A DNA stretch of 64,000 nucleotides from a candidate division FCPU426 bacterium (GCA_963830915.1 CAWHOE010000034.1:1-64000), one strand, 5' to 3'; numbered from the stretch's first letter, positions 1 through 11,448 are shown. The notes: generated by a model from the letters alone, not told the origin. Program-made: numbers and translations.

Positions 1-2
1 TG

Positions 3-2043
3 GGCTTAAACTGGGGTGGCACCCCTTATTCAGGCCGGTATAACAACCGCGCGACTAATTTTGAGGAATTCAGTTTTCTGTGTCACGATGGTTTTCCGTA
101 TGCGGAAGATCCGGGCGTTTTTCAGTTGTACAACCTGTGGCCGTTTATTGCGAATTATGATTTGGCGAATTTCTTTTTGAATACCAGCACCTACACCAAC
201 CTGCCACAGTTTTACGGTGATGGCATTGAACCAACATTTCAATTCAATTTTTCTCCAAATTTCAACACCAACATACCTGCTCCGGCAATTTTGAATCAAC
301 CCTCTCCCTACTGGATTATCCAGGGTCAGTTTGGTTTGAATGAGGATTCTGAATTTTTTGGAGATTATGTGGGGCTCAATGATCCAAACTCAAATGACAG
401 TATTTATCATGCGACCTCGGTAAACCTTCCAACTGGAGAGCATAACATATTTGACTTGCCCTATGAAACTGGGTGCCTTCTGAAAGAAAATCTTCATGCT
501 TATCCTCATCTTGGCCCGGATTTTCAAACTCTGGCTCCGGGGGCTACGGAGACCATCTCATTATCAGATCAGACCAATGGTTGGTATTGGGAAGGTTACG
601 CCAGTCAGTGTGCCGCTCCGGCTTTGTTGTTGACGAACTATTATTTTGTACCATTGGTCAACCCTTACGTAAATCCCATGGATTTACCGGGTTCGTCAAT
701 TAACCCAATGCAGCCGTTTGCAACCCCGATTGATGACGGTTTCAATGTGACAAACCGGACCCCGCCGTTGATTGTCGGCTCAGTGGGCCAGCCGATGATT
801 CTGGCTTGTTGGGCGGATTATGCCGTTTCCAACAGCAGCCCGACAAAATTCGCCTACCTGGGCCAGTATTTTGCCACGAATCCCGCTTTGCTTAACGCCA
901 GCGGGGCGGTTACAACCAACACGGCGGGGGTTTTGTCACCGTATGGGGAATTCTTCCCCACCCAGGCGGGGCAGGCGGAACTGGTGACGATGCCGGATAT
1001 TGATACCGGAACGCAAGGTACTGGGGTGGTGGATGTCATCGCCCTCAACGTGGATGCCAACCATGACGGCACTATGGATTTCACCTTCGCCGGCCCCGAT
1101 CAAACCTCCGCCTCGCGAGCCGTTCCGCTTTTGGGTCAATGACAACCAGGATTCTGGCGATGACGGCGGGAACGGCGGCATTCCCGGACTGTCGGCTGCC
1201 CAGCAGGCGGACGGATACAATTACAGCGAGGTTGACGCGAATTTCAATCCAGTGTACCGCATTCACGGCACTCGGGATTTAGTGGACTTTTTCCCGGTTT
1301 ATCTGAACATCGGCAGCCTGTTCCAAAGCAACGCGTGGAGCGCGGGCATCAGCGTTACGGACACGAATTACCAGTTCGTCTTGAGCCAGGCGGATGAGGT
1401 GTTGCGGTTTGCCTACACGGGTTTGACACCCGCAAACTACATGGAATATTTACAGGATACAAACTGGGCGCGTTATCTGGCTGGCGAAATGGGTGATATC
1501 CCGCGGCGGAGTTGACTACATCAGCAACGCGGTCAATGGCGGCACGGTATTACTGCAGTCATTCATGGGCAACATTGCCACGAACAACTTTGGCATCATT
1601 TTGGTGGAGGCGGCTGACAACGACCCAGCCCCTGGTGCTGACCGTTTACCACGGCACCAATCAAATTGCCCAAACCCAGCTTTATCTGAGCATCAGCGGT
1701 GTGGAGCAGATGTTCCGGAGCAAAACCATCCGTCAGGCGGTCAGGAACCGGTGCCGGCTGGGGATTTAGCAGAATGGTTTGTCTTGTACATTCTGCTCCA
1801 CACCGCTGATGTCTACAGTAAGCTGGGTTCGGGCAATTTGATTGGTGCTGACCGTTTACCACGGCACCAATCAAATTGCCCAAACCCAGCTTTATCTGAG
1901 CATCAGCGGTGTGGAGCAGATGTTCCGGGAGCAAAACCATTCTGCTAAATCCCCAGCCGGCACCGGTTCCTGACCGCCTGACGGATGCGCAAGTGCCCAA
2001 CGAACCGGACACCATTGACAAGAACTTCGTCTTCCTGCATGGC
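3..2043 (+). CDS. Partial large Asn/Pro/Thr-rich protein ending at the apparent start of an alpha/beta-hydrolase-like domain (NFVFLHG); frameshifted and truncated at both ends
   Basis: Frame open from base 3; ORFs 126-1142, 1000-1515, 1493-1948, 1512-1769 and 1909-2121 join into one reading (DANHDGTMDFTFAGPDQTS..PFRFWVND..DLVDFFPVYL..PNEPDTIDKNFVFLHG) with single-base slips. Confidence 0.55.
1633..1986. repeat. Forward/inverted/forward fold-back duplication
   Basis: 1633-1729 recurs from 1843; 1728-1848 is a noisy reverse complement of 1864-1986; TGGTGC/GCACCA microhomology at the switch. Confidence 0.9.
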
Positions 2044-3083
2044 AGATGCACAACATCGGAGGGGATCTTGTGGTCGCGAAGCTTCTTCGCCACGTCCCTG
2101 GCTTCCTTCTCACTCTTGTAGGTGCATTTGCTCATCCAAAGCCCGAAGCTCCAGAGGGGAGGCAGGGGGCTGCGGCCCGTCAGGTTGGTGTATTCGGACA
2201 GCACTTCCTTAGGGTTGCCCAGGAAGATGAAAAGGTCCAGATCCTCATCGCCGGTGAAGAGGGTGGTGCATTCGCCGTAGGCATGGCCAAAGTCGAATGT
2301 TGTGGGCGAGGTGGTATGCAGGAACATGCCATAGCCCCGGTTGCTCATAAAGAAGGGCACGGGCTTGTACATGCCGTCATGCTGGACCCCGTGGCAGTCG
2401 TAGGTCCAAAGCACGACCTTCTGGCCTCGTTTGTTCAACCGGGTGAAGGATTCGCCGCAACCATAGATCTTCTCGTCGTTCGACAGGCGGAAAGTGGCCG
2501 CGAAACGCCGGCCAAATTCGGGCGTGGGGCGAATGAAGCAGAAAGGCAGGGGGTCGGTATTGCGCAGGCTCTCGTTGTCTTTCAGGTGGATGGTCTTGGT
2601 CAGCAGTTTGCCTGAGGCGTCGTGGAATTCGATGGCCCAGGGGTTTTCCTTGATCGTGACCGAACCGGCCTTGCCCTGGTAAACCACGCATCCCTTCTTT
2701 TTGATGGTCTTCCAGGGGCTGGTGGCCTTGGGTTCGCTTTTGAGCATAAGGGAAGGCTCGGCCTTCCTCGCGTATTTACGGCCGCGCATGCGCAGGCGCA
2801 GGGTGCGGTCGCCATAGAAGGTCAGGGAGAAGGGATAAGGCTCTTTCTCGTTCCCGTATTCATTGGGGAATTCCCAGGGCGGGTTGGTGATGAGGTTGAT
2901 GCCTTCCTGGTTGAAGGCCATGCGCACCTTGTAGGCGTATCGGCCCCAGGAAATATCGCCCTCCGCTTTAGTGGGATTGAACCGCTCCAATTTTTCCGGC
3001 AAAAAAATGGTGTTTTCCAGGTTCGAAAATTCCCGGCTGATATCCACTGGGTGGTTCAACAGGGGATAGGGATGTTCTTTCAT
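2043..3083 (-). CDS. GH31 alpha-xylosidase/alpha-glucosidase, 3'-truncated at the junction
   Basis: EKIYGCGESF, YKPVPFFMSNRGYG, YTNLTGRSPLPPLWSFGLWMS, IPSDVVHL; similarity stops abruptly at 2043, before the catalytic Asp motifs. Confidence 0.85.
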
Positions 3084-3540
3084 GACGTCTCCTTAAAAGT
3101 TTTAAAACGCCTCAGAAAATCATCAGGGCGACCACCTCAGTGTTCGTGGAGTCGCTTGGAATGGCGAATTTTGATTTTAAAACAAAATTCGGTTTATGTC
3201 TTACCCTCTGTAACCCTTTGGTTCAATATTTTTTAGTTTTCGTTTTTTCTCACCAACATAACCATCGCTGTGGCTGTGATGAGGATACTACCTATCATAG
3301 CCCGCCAGAAGGCTTCGGTGGTCAACGGGCTCGTCTGGTTGTCGATTGATGCCGAACTTTCGCTTTTTGACGGTAAATATCCCGACCATTTTCATTGGTC
3401 CTAAAAGAGAAAAGTCCAAGTAAGTTTAATAATCCTGACCGTGTCCACAGGAATACTTTGGTGAGAGCGGCTTTGGCTTTATAATTCTTTCCTGATGCCA
3501 CTCTCTCCCAAACTCTTTTCTCAGACCAAGGCGGGCCTTC

Positions 3541-6438
3541 TTGAAAATAAACATACTGTTGTTCGCGACTTTGATCCTTCCGGTTTTGACCCTAACCCAA
3601 GTTCGGGCGGAGGTTAACGATATGTCAGCACCAAGGGAACATCTTTTGATGGACGCGGGGTGGCGTTTCGCGCTGGGCCACGCCAGCGACCCGCGGTTGG
3701 ATTACGATCATGGCACCGCCTTTTTCTCCTATTTCGCCAAGGCGGGCTACGGCGACGGCCCGGCCGCCCCCGGTTTCGACGACCGGACCTGGCGCGTCCT
3801 CGACCTGCCCCATGATTGGGCGGTCGAACTGCCCTTCGACGAAAAGGCCAGCTATAGCCATGGCTATAAGGCTTTAGGCCGCGACTTCCCGGGAACCAGC
3901 GTGGGTTGGTACCGCAAGAGTTTCAAGATCCCCGCTTCGGATAAAGGCCGCCGCGTGAGCCTGCAATTCGATCGGGGTTTTCCGTGATTCGGTGGTTTGG
4001 GTCAATGGCATTTATTTGGGCCGGGAACAAAGCGGTTACGCCAACTTTGAATATGACATCACGGATGATCTCAACTATGACGGGGACAACACGGTCTCTG
4101 TACGGGTGGACGCTACCATGGAAGAGGGCTGGTTTTACGAGGGCGCGGGGATCTACCGCCATGTCTGGCTGAACAAGACCAGCCCTCTGCATGTCGGGAC
4201 CAACGGGACCTTCGTGACCACCCAAGCGGGTAAGGGATACTCGGAGGTGACGGTTCAGAACCATATCGTGGCTCAACAGGGCAAACCCGCCTCTTTCAAG
4301 ATCGAGCAGGCCATATTGGACGCCGATGGAAAGGTAGTGGCTAAAGGCGCCTTGAATAAAGCCAGCCTGAGGGCCCAGTCGGCGGATGATTTTGCCGTGA
4401 AGCTGAAGGTATCCAAACCGACCCTTTGGTCTTTGGAGAATCCCTATCTATATAAAGCGGTCACCCGGCTTCTCGTGAACGGGAAAGCGGTGGACCGGAC
4501 CGAGACGTCCTTCGGAATCCGCACCCTGAAGTGGGACGCGAACAAAGGTTTCTTCCTCAATGGCGAAAGGATCGAACTGAAAGGAACCTGCAACCACCAG
4601 GATCACGCGGGGGTAGGGACGGCCATTCCGGATGCCTTGCAGTATTACCGGATCCAGCGTCTGAAGTCCTTTGGCTGTAACGCCTACCGCTGTTCCCATA
4701 ACCCCCCCACGCCCGAACTGGTGGAGGCCTGTGACCATTTAGGCATGCTGGTCTTGGTCGAGAACCGGGTCATGGGAACCAGCCCCGAGTTGATGGACCG
4801 GCTCAAACGAATGGTCGAACTTTACCGCAACCATCCCTCGGTCTTCGCCTGGTCCATCGGCAATGAGGAGTGGGGGATCGAATACGACGTGAAGGGCGCC
4901 CAGATCGCGGCACCCATGCAGGACTACGTGATGAGCCTGGACCCGACCAGGCGGGTGACCCAAGCCATCGACGGGGGATGGGGAGTGGGTTCTTCCACCG
5001 TGATCGACGTGATGGGGTACAACTATCACGCGCACGGCGATGTGGACGACTACCACAAGAAATTCCCCCAAAAACCCAGCTTCGCCACCGAAGAAAGCAC
5101 CACCAACCAAACCAGGGGCGTCTATGAGACCGACAAGACGGTCTGTCACATGGCTCCCTCCGATACTAACCCCAAGGGGACCAGTATCGAGGATGTTTGG
5201 AAGTTTTACGCCGGGCGGCCCTATCTGGGAGGGCTCTTCCTCTGGACAGGTTTCGATTATCGCGGGGAGGAAACACCCTTCACCTTTCCGGCCATCAGTA
5301 CCCAATATGGCGTGCTGGATACCTGCGGATTTCCCAAAGACTGCGCCGATTACCTGACGGCCTGGTGGTCGGAGAAGCCGGTATTGTTCCTCACGCCCCA
5401 TTGGGATTGGAAGGGTAAGGAAGGGAAGAACATCCTGGTGAAGGCCTATGGAAATTGCGATGAGGTGGAATTGTTCCTGAATGACAAGAGCCTGGGCAAG
5501 AAGACAATGCCGGTCCATTCCCATTTGGAATGGCAGGTGCCATACCGCCTGGCGTTTTATCGGCCAAGGGTTACCAGGGAGGAAAAGAAGTGTCGAGCGT
5601 CAGGCGGGAAACCGCCGGTGAACCCGTATCCGTGATCCTTCGGGCGGATCGGACCAAGATCCAAGCGGATGGGGAAGATGTCTCGGTGGTGACGGTGGAG
5701 GCGGCCGACAGCCAAGGGCGGATGGTCCCAACCGCCGGGAACCTCGTCCGTTTCTCGTTGGAGGGCCCGGGCCAGATCATCGGCGTGGGAAACGGCGACC
5801 CTTCTTGCCACGAGCCGGACCGATATTTCGATAGCGTGGCCGATGTGAAAATCGAGGGTTTGAAAATGAGGGATGGAGGCGAATTGGGAAAAAGGCCGGA
5901 GGTGGAGTTCGGCCAGGATGACTCCAACTGGGCCGATCTATTCCAGGGCCGTCATGATGACCAGGGGCAGCTTTCCAGCGACAAACCCGCCAACCGGGTG
6001 ATCCGGGGGCATTTCGACCTGCCCAACTTGGATGACTACACCGAGGTCACACTTTTCCCCAAGAGCCTAGTGGAGAACCAGTCCATCTTCGTCAACGGTC
6101 ATTTGATCGCCGAGAACATCAAGCGCGACGAGCCCAACCAGGGTTATTCTTTGCCCAAGGCGATCTTGAGGAAGGGCCGGAATGTCTACGCGGTGGTGGG
6201 TCCGGAATTATTGCGCCGGTGGGTCTGGGACAACCTCAATATGGACCCCGGGTCCATCCGAACCGTGATCCCGGCTAAACCGTGGAAACGAAGCCTTTTC
6301 AACGGATCGGCCCAGGTCATCGTGCGGGCGAACCACGAACCTGGTTCCATCGTCCTCAAAGCTGGTTCGGAAGGGTTATCGGGAGCTGTTTTGAATATTG
6401 AATCCCAGGCTGTTCCTGTCAGACCGTCGGTGCCTTGA
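3541..6438 (+). CDS. Secreted GH2 beta-galactosidase (about 965 aa) with two compensating single-base frameshifts (~3973, ~5546)
   Basis: Signal peptide; LDLPHDW, GWYRKSF, EGAGIYRHVWL, GTCNHQDHAG, WSIGNEE (acid/base), FATEES (nucleophile), GNGDP..FNG; ORFs 3541-3987, 3992-5635 and 5530-6438 join. Confidence 0.9.
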
Positions 6439-6479
6439 AAAAAGGTTGGAGTTTCAAGCGAAAGGATCGGAGCGTGTTC

Positions 6480-7772
6480 ATGAAACGGATCACTTTTTTG
6501 GCCGTGGCTGTCCTGGTTTTGGCGGTTCTCTCGTCGGGCTGTTTTAAATCCTCCAATGGCAATGTGGTGCGGGTAGCCATCTTCAGCACCGACCCCGCCA
6601 TCCTGCAGATCCTGAACCAAACCATCCGAAACATCCAAAGCCGCCATCCGGGGCTGAGGGTGGTGATGGACAGCATTCCCTACAACGATTTCGAGGAAAA
6701 GATCGTCACCCAGGTGGTGGCCGGCAGCGCCCCCGATATCGTCAGCACGGAAGCCAGCCAGTTTGTGGATCTGTATCTGCGCGATGTTTTCGTGGACCTG
6801 ACCCCTTATTTCCAAAAGGACGGCCTGGACGTGAAGGATTATTACCCCGCGATCATGAGCCGTTTCAGCCCGGGCGGAAAGATCTACGCCATCCCCTCGG
6901 ACCTGGCCCCCACCGGTTTGGTTTATTACAACAAGAAGTTCTTCGACGAGGCCCAACTGCCCTATCCCACGGCCAAGTGGAAATGGCCGAAGGATTTTCT
7001 GGCGGTCTGCCAAAAACTGGTGAAGAAGGACGCGGCGGGCAATATCACCCGCTTCGCTTTCGTGGACCCCTATGGGATCAACGCGGTCAATTTCGTCCTG
7101 AGCAACGGCGGTTATTTCACGGATAGCGCGGACCATCCCACCCGAATGACCCTGGACTCACCCGAGGCCATGCAGGCCTTCCGGTTCCGTTGGGACATGA
7201 TCTACACCTACCATGTCTCCCCCACCATGAGCGAACTCCAGAATTTCGCATTCGGGAGCGGGGCTGAGAACATGTTCATGAACGGCCAAACGGCCATGAT
7301 GGGTTCGGGAGTATGGCATACCCCCCACTTCCTTCAGAAAAAGGACCTGGATTTCGACGTGGTGGAGTTTCCCCACGGTCCCAGCGGGAAACAAGGCTGG
7401 CAATGCGGAGGGTCGGGTTACGCCATCAGCAAGGATTGCAAGAACATGGACAACGCCTGGATCGTCCTCAAGGAACTGACGAGCGCGGAGGTCGCCAGCC
7501 AGATCGCCGCGACCGGCATGATCCAGCCGGCCCTGGTCAAGGTGGCGGGTTCGGACGCTTTCCTGAAAAGCCCCGGAGCGGCCCACAAGAAGATCCTGCT
7601 GGATATGCCGAAAAACGCTTACTTCACCCCTTTCGTCAAGAACTGGAGCGAGATCTGGAACGGCCAGATCAGCCCGGGGTTGGACCCGGCCTGGATGGGC
7701 ATGAAAAAACCCGAGGACATCCTGCCCAAGTTGACCGCGGATGTGAACCGGAAGTATTTCGGGGTGAAATGA
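6480..7772 (+). CDS. ABC sugar transporter substrate-binding lipoprotein
   Basis: Lipobox SSGC; AGSAPDIV, GKIYAIP, VYYNKKFFDEA, FMNGQTAM motifs of SBP_bac_1-type proteins. Confidence 0.9.
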   Translation: MKRITFLAVAVLVLAVLSSGCFKSSNGNVVRVAIFSTDPAILQILNQTIRNIQSRHPGLRVVMDSIPYNDFEEKIVTQVVAGSAPDIVSTEASQFVDLYLRDVFVDLTPYFQKDGLDVKDYYPAIMSRFSPGGKIYAIPSDLAPTGLVYYNKKFFDEAQLPYPTAKWKWPKDFLAVCQKLVKKDAAGNITRFAFVDPYGINAVNFVLSNGGYFTDSADHPTRMTLDSPEAMQAFRFRWDMIYTYHVSPTMSELQNFAFGSGAENMFMNGQTAMMGSGVWHTPHFLQKKDLDFDVVEFPHGPSGKQGWQCGGSGYAISKDCKNMDNAWIVLKELTSAEVASQIAATGMIQPALVKVAGSDAFLKSPGAAHKKILLDMPKNAYFTPFVKNWSEIWNGQISPGLDPAWMGMKKPEDILPKLTADVNRKYFGVK

Positions 7773-7900
7773 TCCTCCGGCCAAGGAAAACGCACGTCCG
7801 GTCTTAAAGGTTTTGGTTTTACCACGACCGTGGGTTAAGTGACTTGGCGACCAGGGCGGACAAACAAAACACGAATCCGGTTATAAGCATTCAAAACGAG

Positions 7901-7935
7901 AAAAGCCCGGTCTCGAAAGAGTCCCGGGCTTTTTT
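7901..7935. terminator. Bidirectional intrinsic terminator
   Basis: AAAAGCCCGG..GAAA..CCGGGCTTTTTT between convergent genes. Confidence 0.8.
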
Positions 7936-7955
7936 AGTTGTGGGTAAAGAATCGA

Positions 7956-8660
7956 TCAATAGAAGCTGATGTTATCCAGAAAGTAGTCCACCGAAGCGGT
8001 GGTGGTCGCGGTGATCCAAAGGAATCGGACGGTCAGGGCTGGGTTCTCGGTGCCGGTCATCGACGAAAAGGAGTAGCTATAGGAGGACCAGGTGGTCGTG
8101 AAGGCTGGGAGGGTCACCGTCAGGACCCCGGAACCGGAATCGTCGGTCTGGAAGGAATTGGGGCCGACCGCGCCCGCGGTAGGTCCGAGCTTCCCACAAA
8201 ACTGGATGCCCTTGAATTGGGTGATGTTATAGGCGGCCCCGCCCGATTGGGGGGACAAGGCGAAAACGGCGCCGTAACCTGTTACCGGCCCGCTGACCAG
8301 GTGCAGGGCGTTGTTGCTGGACCCAGAGGAGCAGCCATAGCCGGTCCCGGGATTAGCGATGGAGGCGTTCATCTGGGGGTTGGCAGTGGACCCGAAGGTG
8401 AAATAGAACCCCGCCCGGCATTGGTTGGAAAGCACCGCGGTGTTGGCGTTGGTATTGGCCTCGAAATCATCGATGAGTACAGGTGTGGTGGTGGAGGTGC
8501 AAGTGGCATAAATGGAGGTTGCGGTCGAGGTCGGCGTGAAAGTGTTGGTAGGAGTGGGGGGGAAAGCCGGAGCCATCGCGTTATGACACCCTTGAGTCCC
8601 GACCCAAAGGACCGTCGCGACCATGAGGAATATCGGGGTCAACCAGAGCAATCGCTTCAT
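7956..8660 (-). CDS. Lipoprotein with Thr/Pro linker and CBM11/CIA30-like beta-sandwich
   Basis: Lipobox TQGC; PTPTNTFTPTSTATS linker; LIDDFE, YNITQFKGIQF, DYFLDNISFY. Confidence 0.7.
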   Translation of the reverse strand: MKRLLWLTPIFLMVATVLWVGTQGCHNAMAPAFPPTPTNTFTPTSTATSIYATCTSTTTPVLIDDFEANTNANTAVLSNQCRAGFYFTFGSTANPQMNASIANPGTGYGCSSGSSNNALHLVSGPVTGYGAVFALSPQSGGAAYNITQFKGIQFCGKLGPTAGAVGPNSFQTDDSGSGVLTVTLPAFTTTWSSYSYSFSSMTGTENPALTVRFLWITATTTASVDYFLDNISFY

Positions 8661-8706
8661 CAGTCATCCTCCTCGCTTGTTTAAACCGGACACATCCAGA
8701 CCGATC

Positions 8707-8732
8707 TAAAAGCGCTTCAAAAATTATATCAC
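8707..8732 (-). promoter_or_regulatory. Extended -10 promoter followed by a LacI-type palindrome
   Basis: Minus strand TGaTATAAT then TTGAAGCGCTTTTA (core AAGCGCTT at 8710-8717). Confidence 0.5.
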
Positions 8733-8802
8733 CAGGCGTCTGAGGTTTTGTTCAGTTATTCCCGGTGAACCGCAAGACTGTGTTCTTGTTTGTACCCATT
8801 AT

Positions 8803-11448
8803 TCATTTTCCCGTTTCGGCGACCACCAGGATCGCCGAGAAGGCCGGTACATGGATGGAAAGGGTCGCCCCGGGCGCGGGGTGTTTCCCGGAATCCACCA
8901 GCCTACAGCCGAGGCTTTCCGACATGGTGTAAAGCTCATAGGTGGAGGCCGTTTGGGGCAGGTTCACCTTGGTCTCGAATTCCTTGTCGTGGTTGCGGTT
9001 GACCAGGATGACGAAGTTTTTCGCCCCGTCCCTCGCGCCGAAACTGTATAGGTCGGGGTCGGAGGAAGTGCAGGGCACGTAATCTCCCAGGACCTTGGAA
9101 CCCTTGCCGTCATAGTTGCTGTAGAACTGGTGTCCCAGGAAGACGTAATTACCCTCCCCGGAAGAACCCCATTCACAGGCCATGTCCAGGCCTTCCCTCA
9201 TATAGATACCCATGGTCACGATCTGCAAGAGCCCGCCATGATAGTAGTGGGCGCTGGCCGGGTAGTACTCGGTCATGGAAAGCTTCGTGCCCGGGTAGTA
9301 TTGGGCGATCATCTTCTTGAGGTTGGGGATGAGGGGGCGGAAAGGATCGAAAAGATAGGCTTTTAATTGGGGCAGAGCGCACCAGCTATCCGGACTCTCG
9401 AAGGTCGGGTCGTAAAAGATACGCAGGGCGTCGAACTGCTTGGGGGTCAGGACGGGATCATAGGGGTAATCGCCCAGGACGTTCAATTTCTCGCCCTTGG
9501 CGTTCTTGCCCCAGACCTCGGGAAAACCATGGTCGTCCAGGTAGTCGATGAGGCGCTTGCCCACTTTTTTGGAGTATTTGTTCATGCAAATGAGGTAATA
9601 GACCACCTGGGGTACGTTGCCGTGGGCCTTGCGATCGGTCCACTTTTCGCCCTCGCCCCCCTGTTCCTTGTAATGAGACACGCCGCCCGGGAAATCATCC
9701 CAGGGGGAACCGGCCAATTCCTTCACGCCCCAAGCCGTATAACCGATGACCTGCGCGTCTGGATCGACCGATTTGACCGCCATGGCGTATTTCGCGTTCA
9801 GGACCACCATATCCTCATAACCGGGACCTTTGGGGGAAACGTCGCGGTGGTTGAAACACCACAAGCCTGGTTCGTTGTCCATCTGGTAGAAACGCACCCC
9901 TCCCTGGGCGGCGGATTTGAAATTCTTTACGATGGTGGACACCCATTCCTTTTGGAACTCAGGGGTGGAGGGGATGTAGTTCAAGTTGGGATCGTTGTCC
10001 CAGATGAAACCTTTCTTGTTCGCCAAGACGCCGTTACCCGCCCCTTGGCCGTCGGTGGCCTCCTGGTTGGGGTAAAGGGACGTGGGATAGGAACACAGTT
10101 CCTTGCCGCCGGGCGGGGGAGCCTTGGCCACCCAGCCGATGGTGGGAATGGTGATGATGGCCTGGGCGCCGCCTTTAAAGGAATCCTGGATGAATTGGTA
10201 GTAGCGCTTGTCCTTTTCGGCGGCCCCGGGCCCCGCCTGGCTTGTATTCAGGAAGTACCAATCGGCGCCGCGGTTATCGGCGTCATCCTTCCAGTTGTAG
10301 TTGGTGGTGGCATTACCCCCCCAACGGTTCAAAGTGCCTCCCGCCTTCCGGAGGCTGTCCGTGGGCAGGTAATTGAAACCGTAGAGGTAAGGGGAAATGG
10401 GGTGGTCCGCTTTGGCTGAAAGGTTCACTACGGCCGTACCGGACAACTTGGGAGACAGGTCCACCGCACAGGTTTGGAGCGAGGAGGTCTGGGTGTCGTT
10501 GGCCGCGGCCACTCCAACGGTGTGTTGACCTGGGGTCTGGAAATAAGAGGCGGGAAGTTTGGCGGTTCGGGCCGTTCCGTCGACCTCGCCCACGTTCTGG
10601 CCGTCCACCGTGAGGATGAACCGGCTGACCTCCTCCTCAGGGGCCTTGTCCCAGACCAGGAAAACCCCGGTGGGGATCTTTTGCCAGCCCAGATTGGAAA
10701 TCGGCGTCACCATCTTGGCTTGGGTGAAATAAAGCTTATCCAGGCGCACATAGGCCGGCTGATTCTCGGGGTAATCCCCGATAAGGTCGAACCGCACGAT
10801 CTTGCACTGGGTGATATCCAGCTTGGAAAGGTTCGGGATGGAGGAGAGGGGGATGATGACCTGGGTCCAGTCGGGCCCGATCTTATGGCCCGCGGCGAAA
10901 TCCGAGACTTTGACCGACCCTGTCGCCGAGGAATCGGTCGTTCCCGTCAGGGCCACATTGAGATCGACCCCTGGGGCGTTGGTCTTGGCGTAGAAAACCA
11001 GGTATTTGGCGTCGGTCAAGTTTACCGCGGACCAATTCTTGTTGAAAGCCACGCCGCCTCCCGCCCATTTCTTGCCCCAAAACTTGTCCGTGGGGGTCGT
11101 GTTCCAGGTGAACTCGTAAGAAAGGCACTGGTCCGAGGCGCCGTCGCTGTCGAAAACCACCCAATCGGGTTGGTCCGAGAGGGTCTGGGCGTCGATCTTT
11201 TTCTTGCTGGGGTCGTTCCGCAGGAGGAAATTGTGGGTATCGCCCTGGGTGACGATGCTCACGCCGCCCTTGCCGTCACGGCCCGAGGAGTCGGCCCAGG
11301 AGGGTCCATAGAACTGGATGGCGCTGGAGGCCTCGTCCTGGGATTTCTGCAAGGATGCCATGGGTCGGATCGTGCAACCCGTTTGAAAAAAAGCCATGGC
11401 TCCGATCGAGATCGCGAGGATCGGAAGGAAAGGGAGGTGCCGGTTCAT
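8803..11448 (-). CDS. Lipid-anchored modular GH44 endoglucanase/xyloglucanase (CBM-like + Fn3-like + GH44)
   Basis: Lipobox QTGC; ISPYLYGFN, NRWGGNATTNYNW, ADNRGADWYF, FYQMDNEP, TKLSMTEY; GGAGG RBS before ATG 11448. Confidence 0.85.
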   Translation of the reverse strand: MNRHLPFLPILAISIGAMAFFQTGCTIRPMASLQKSQDEASSAIQFYGPSWADSSGRDGKGGVSIVTQGDTHNFLLRNDPSKKKIDAQTLSDQPDWVVFDSDGASDQCLSYEFTWNTTPTDKFWGKKWAGGGVAFNKNWSAVNLTDAKYLVFYAKTNAPGVDLNVALTGTTDSSATGSVKVSDFAAGHKIGPDWTQVIIPLSSIPNLSKLDITQCKIVRFDLIGDYPENQPAYVRLDKLYFTQAKMVTPISNLGWQKIPTGVFLVWDKAPEEEVSRFILTVDGQNVGEVDGTARTAKLPASYFQTPGQHTVGVAAANDTQTSSLQTCAVDLSPKLSGTAVVNLSAKADHPISPYLYGFNYLPTDSLRKAGGTLNRWGGNATTNYNWKDDADNRGADWYFLNTSQAGPGAAEKDKRYYQFIQDSFKGGAQAIITIPTIGWVAKAPPPGGKELCSYPTSLYPNQEATDGQGAGNGVLANKKGFIWDNDPNLNYIPSTPEFQKEWVSTIVKNFKSAAQGGVRFYQMDNEPGLWCFNHRDVSPKGPGYEDMVVLNAKYAMAVKSVDPDAQVIGYTAWGVKELAGSPWDDFPGGVSHYKEQGGEGEKWTDRKAHGNVPQVVYYLICMNKYSKKVGKRLIDYLDDHGFPEVWGKNAKGEKLNVLGDYPYDPVLTPKQFDALRIFYDPTFESPDSWCALPQLKAYLFDPFRPLIPNLKKMIAQYYPGTKLSMTEYYPASAHYYHGGLLQIVTMGIYMREGLDMACEWGSSGEGNYVFLGHQFYSNYDGKGSKVLGDYVPCTSSDPDLYSFGARDGAKNFVILVNRNHDKEFETKVNLPQTASTYELYTMSESLGCRLVDSGKHPAPGATLSIHVPAFSAILVVAETGK

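Noticed and set aside
1633..1986. Repeat as CRISPR, DGR template/variable repeat or invertible element
   Set aside because: No spacer periodicity, differences are indel-like rather than adenine-specific, and no RT, cas or recombinase is nearby
1596..3083. 495-aa ORF as a GH31 with a novel C-terminal domain
   Set aside because: Everything after SDVVHL is antisense read-through into the fold-back region of the other gene
3220..3395. Minus-strand stretch encoding a hydrophobic helix with a basic tail (..AFWRAMIGSILITATAMVMLVRKTKTKKY)
   Set aside because: No convincing start or RBS in frame; cannot be supported as a gene
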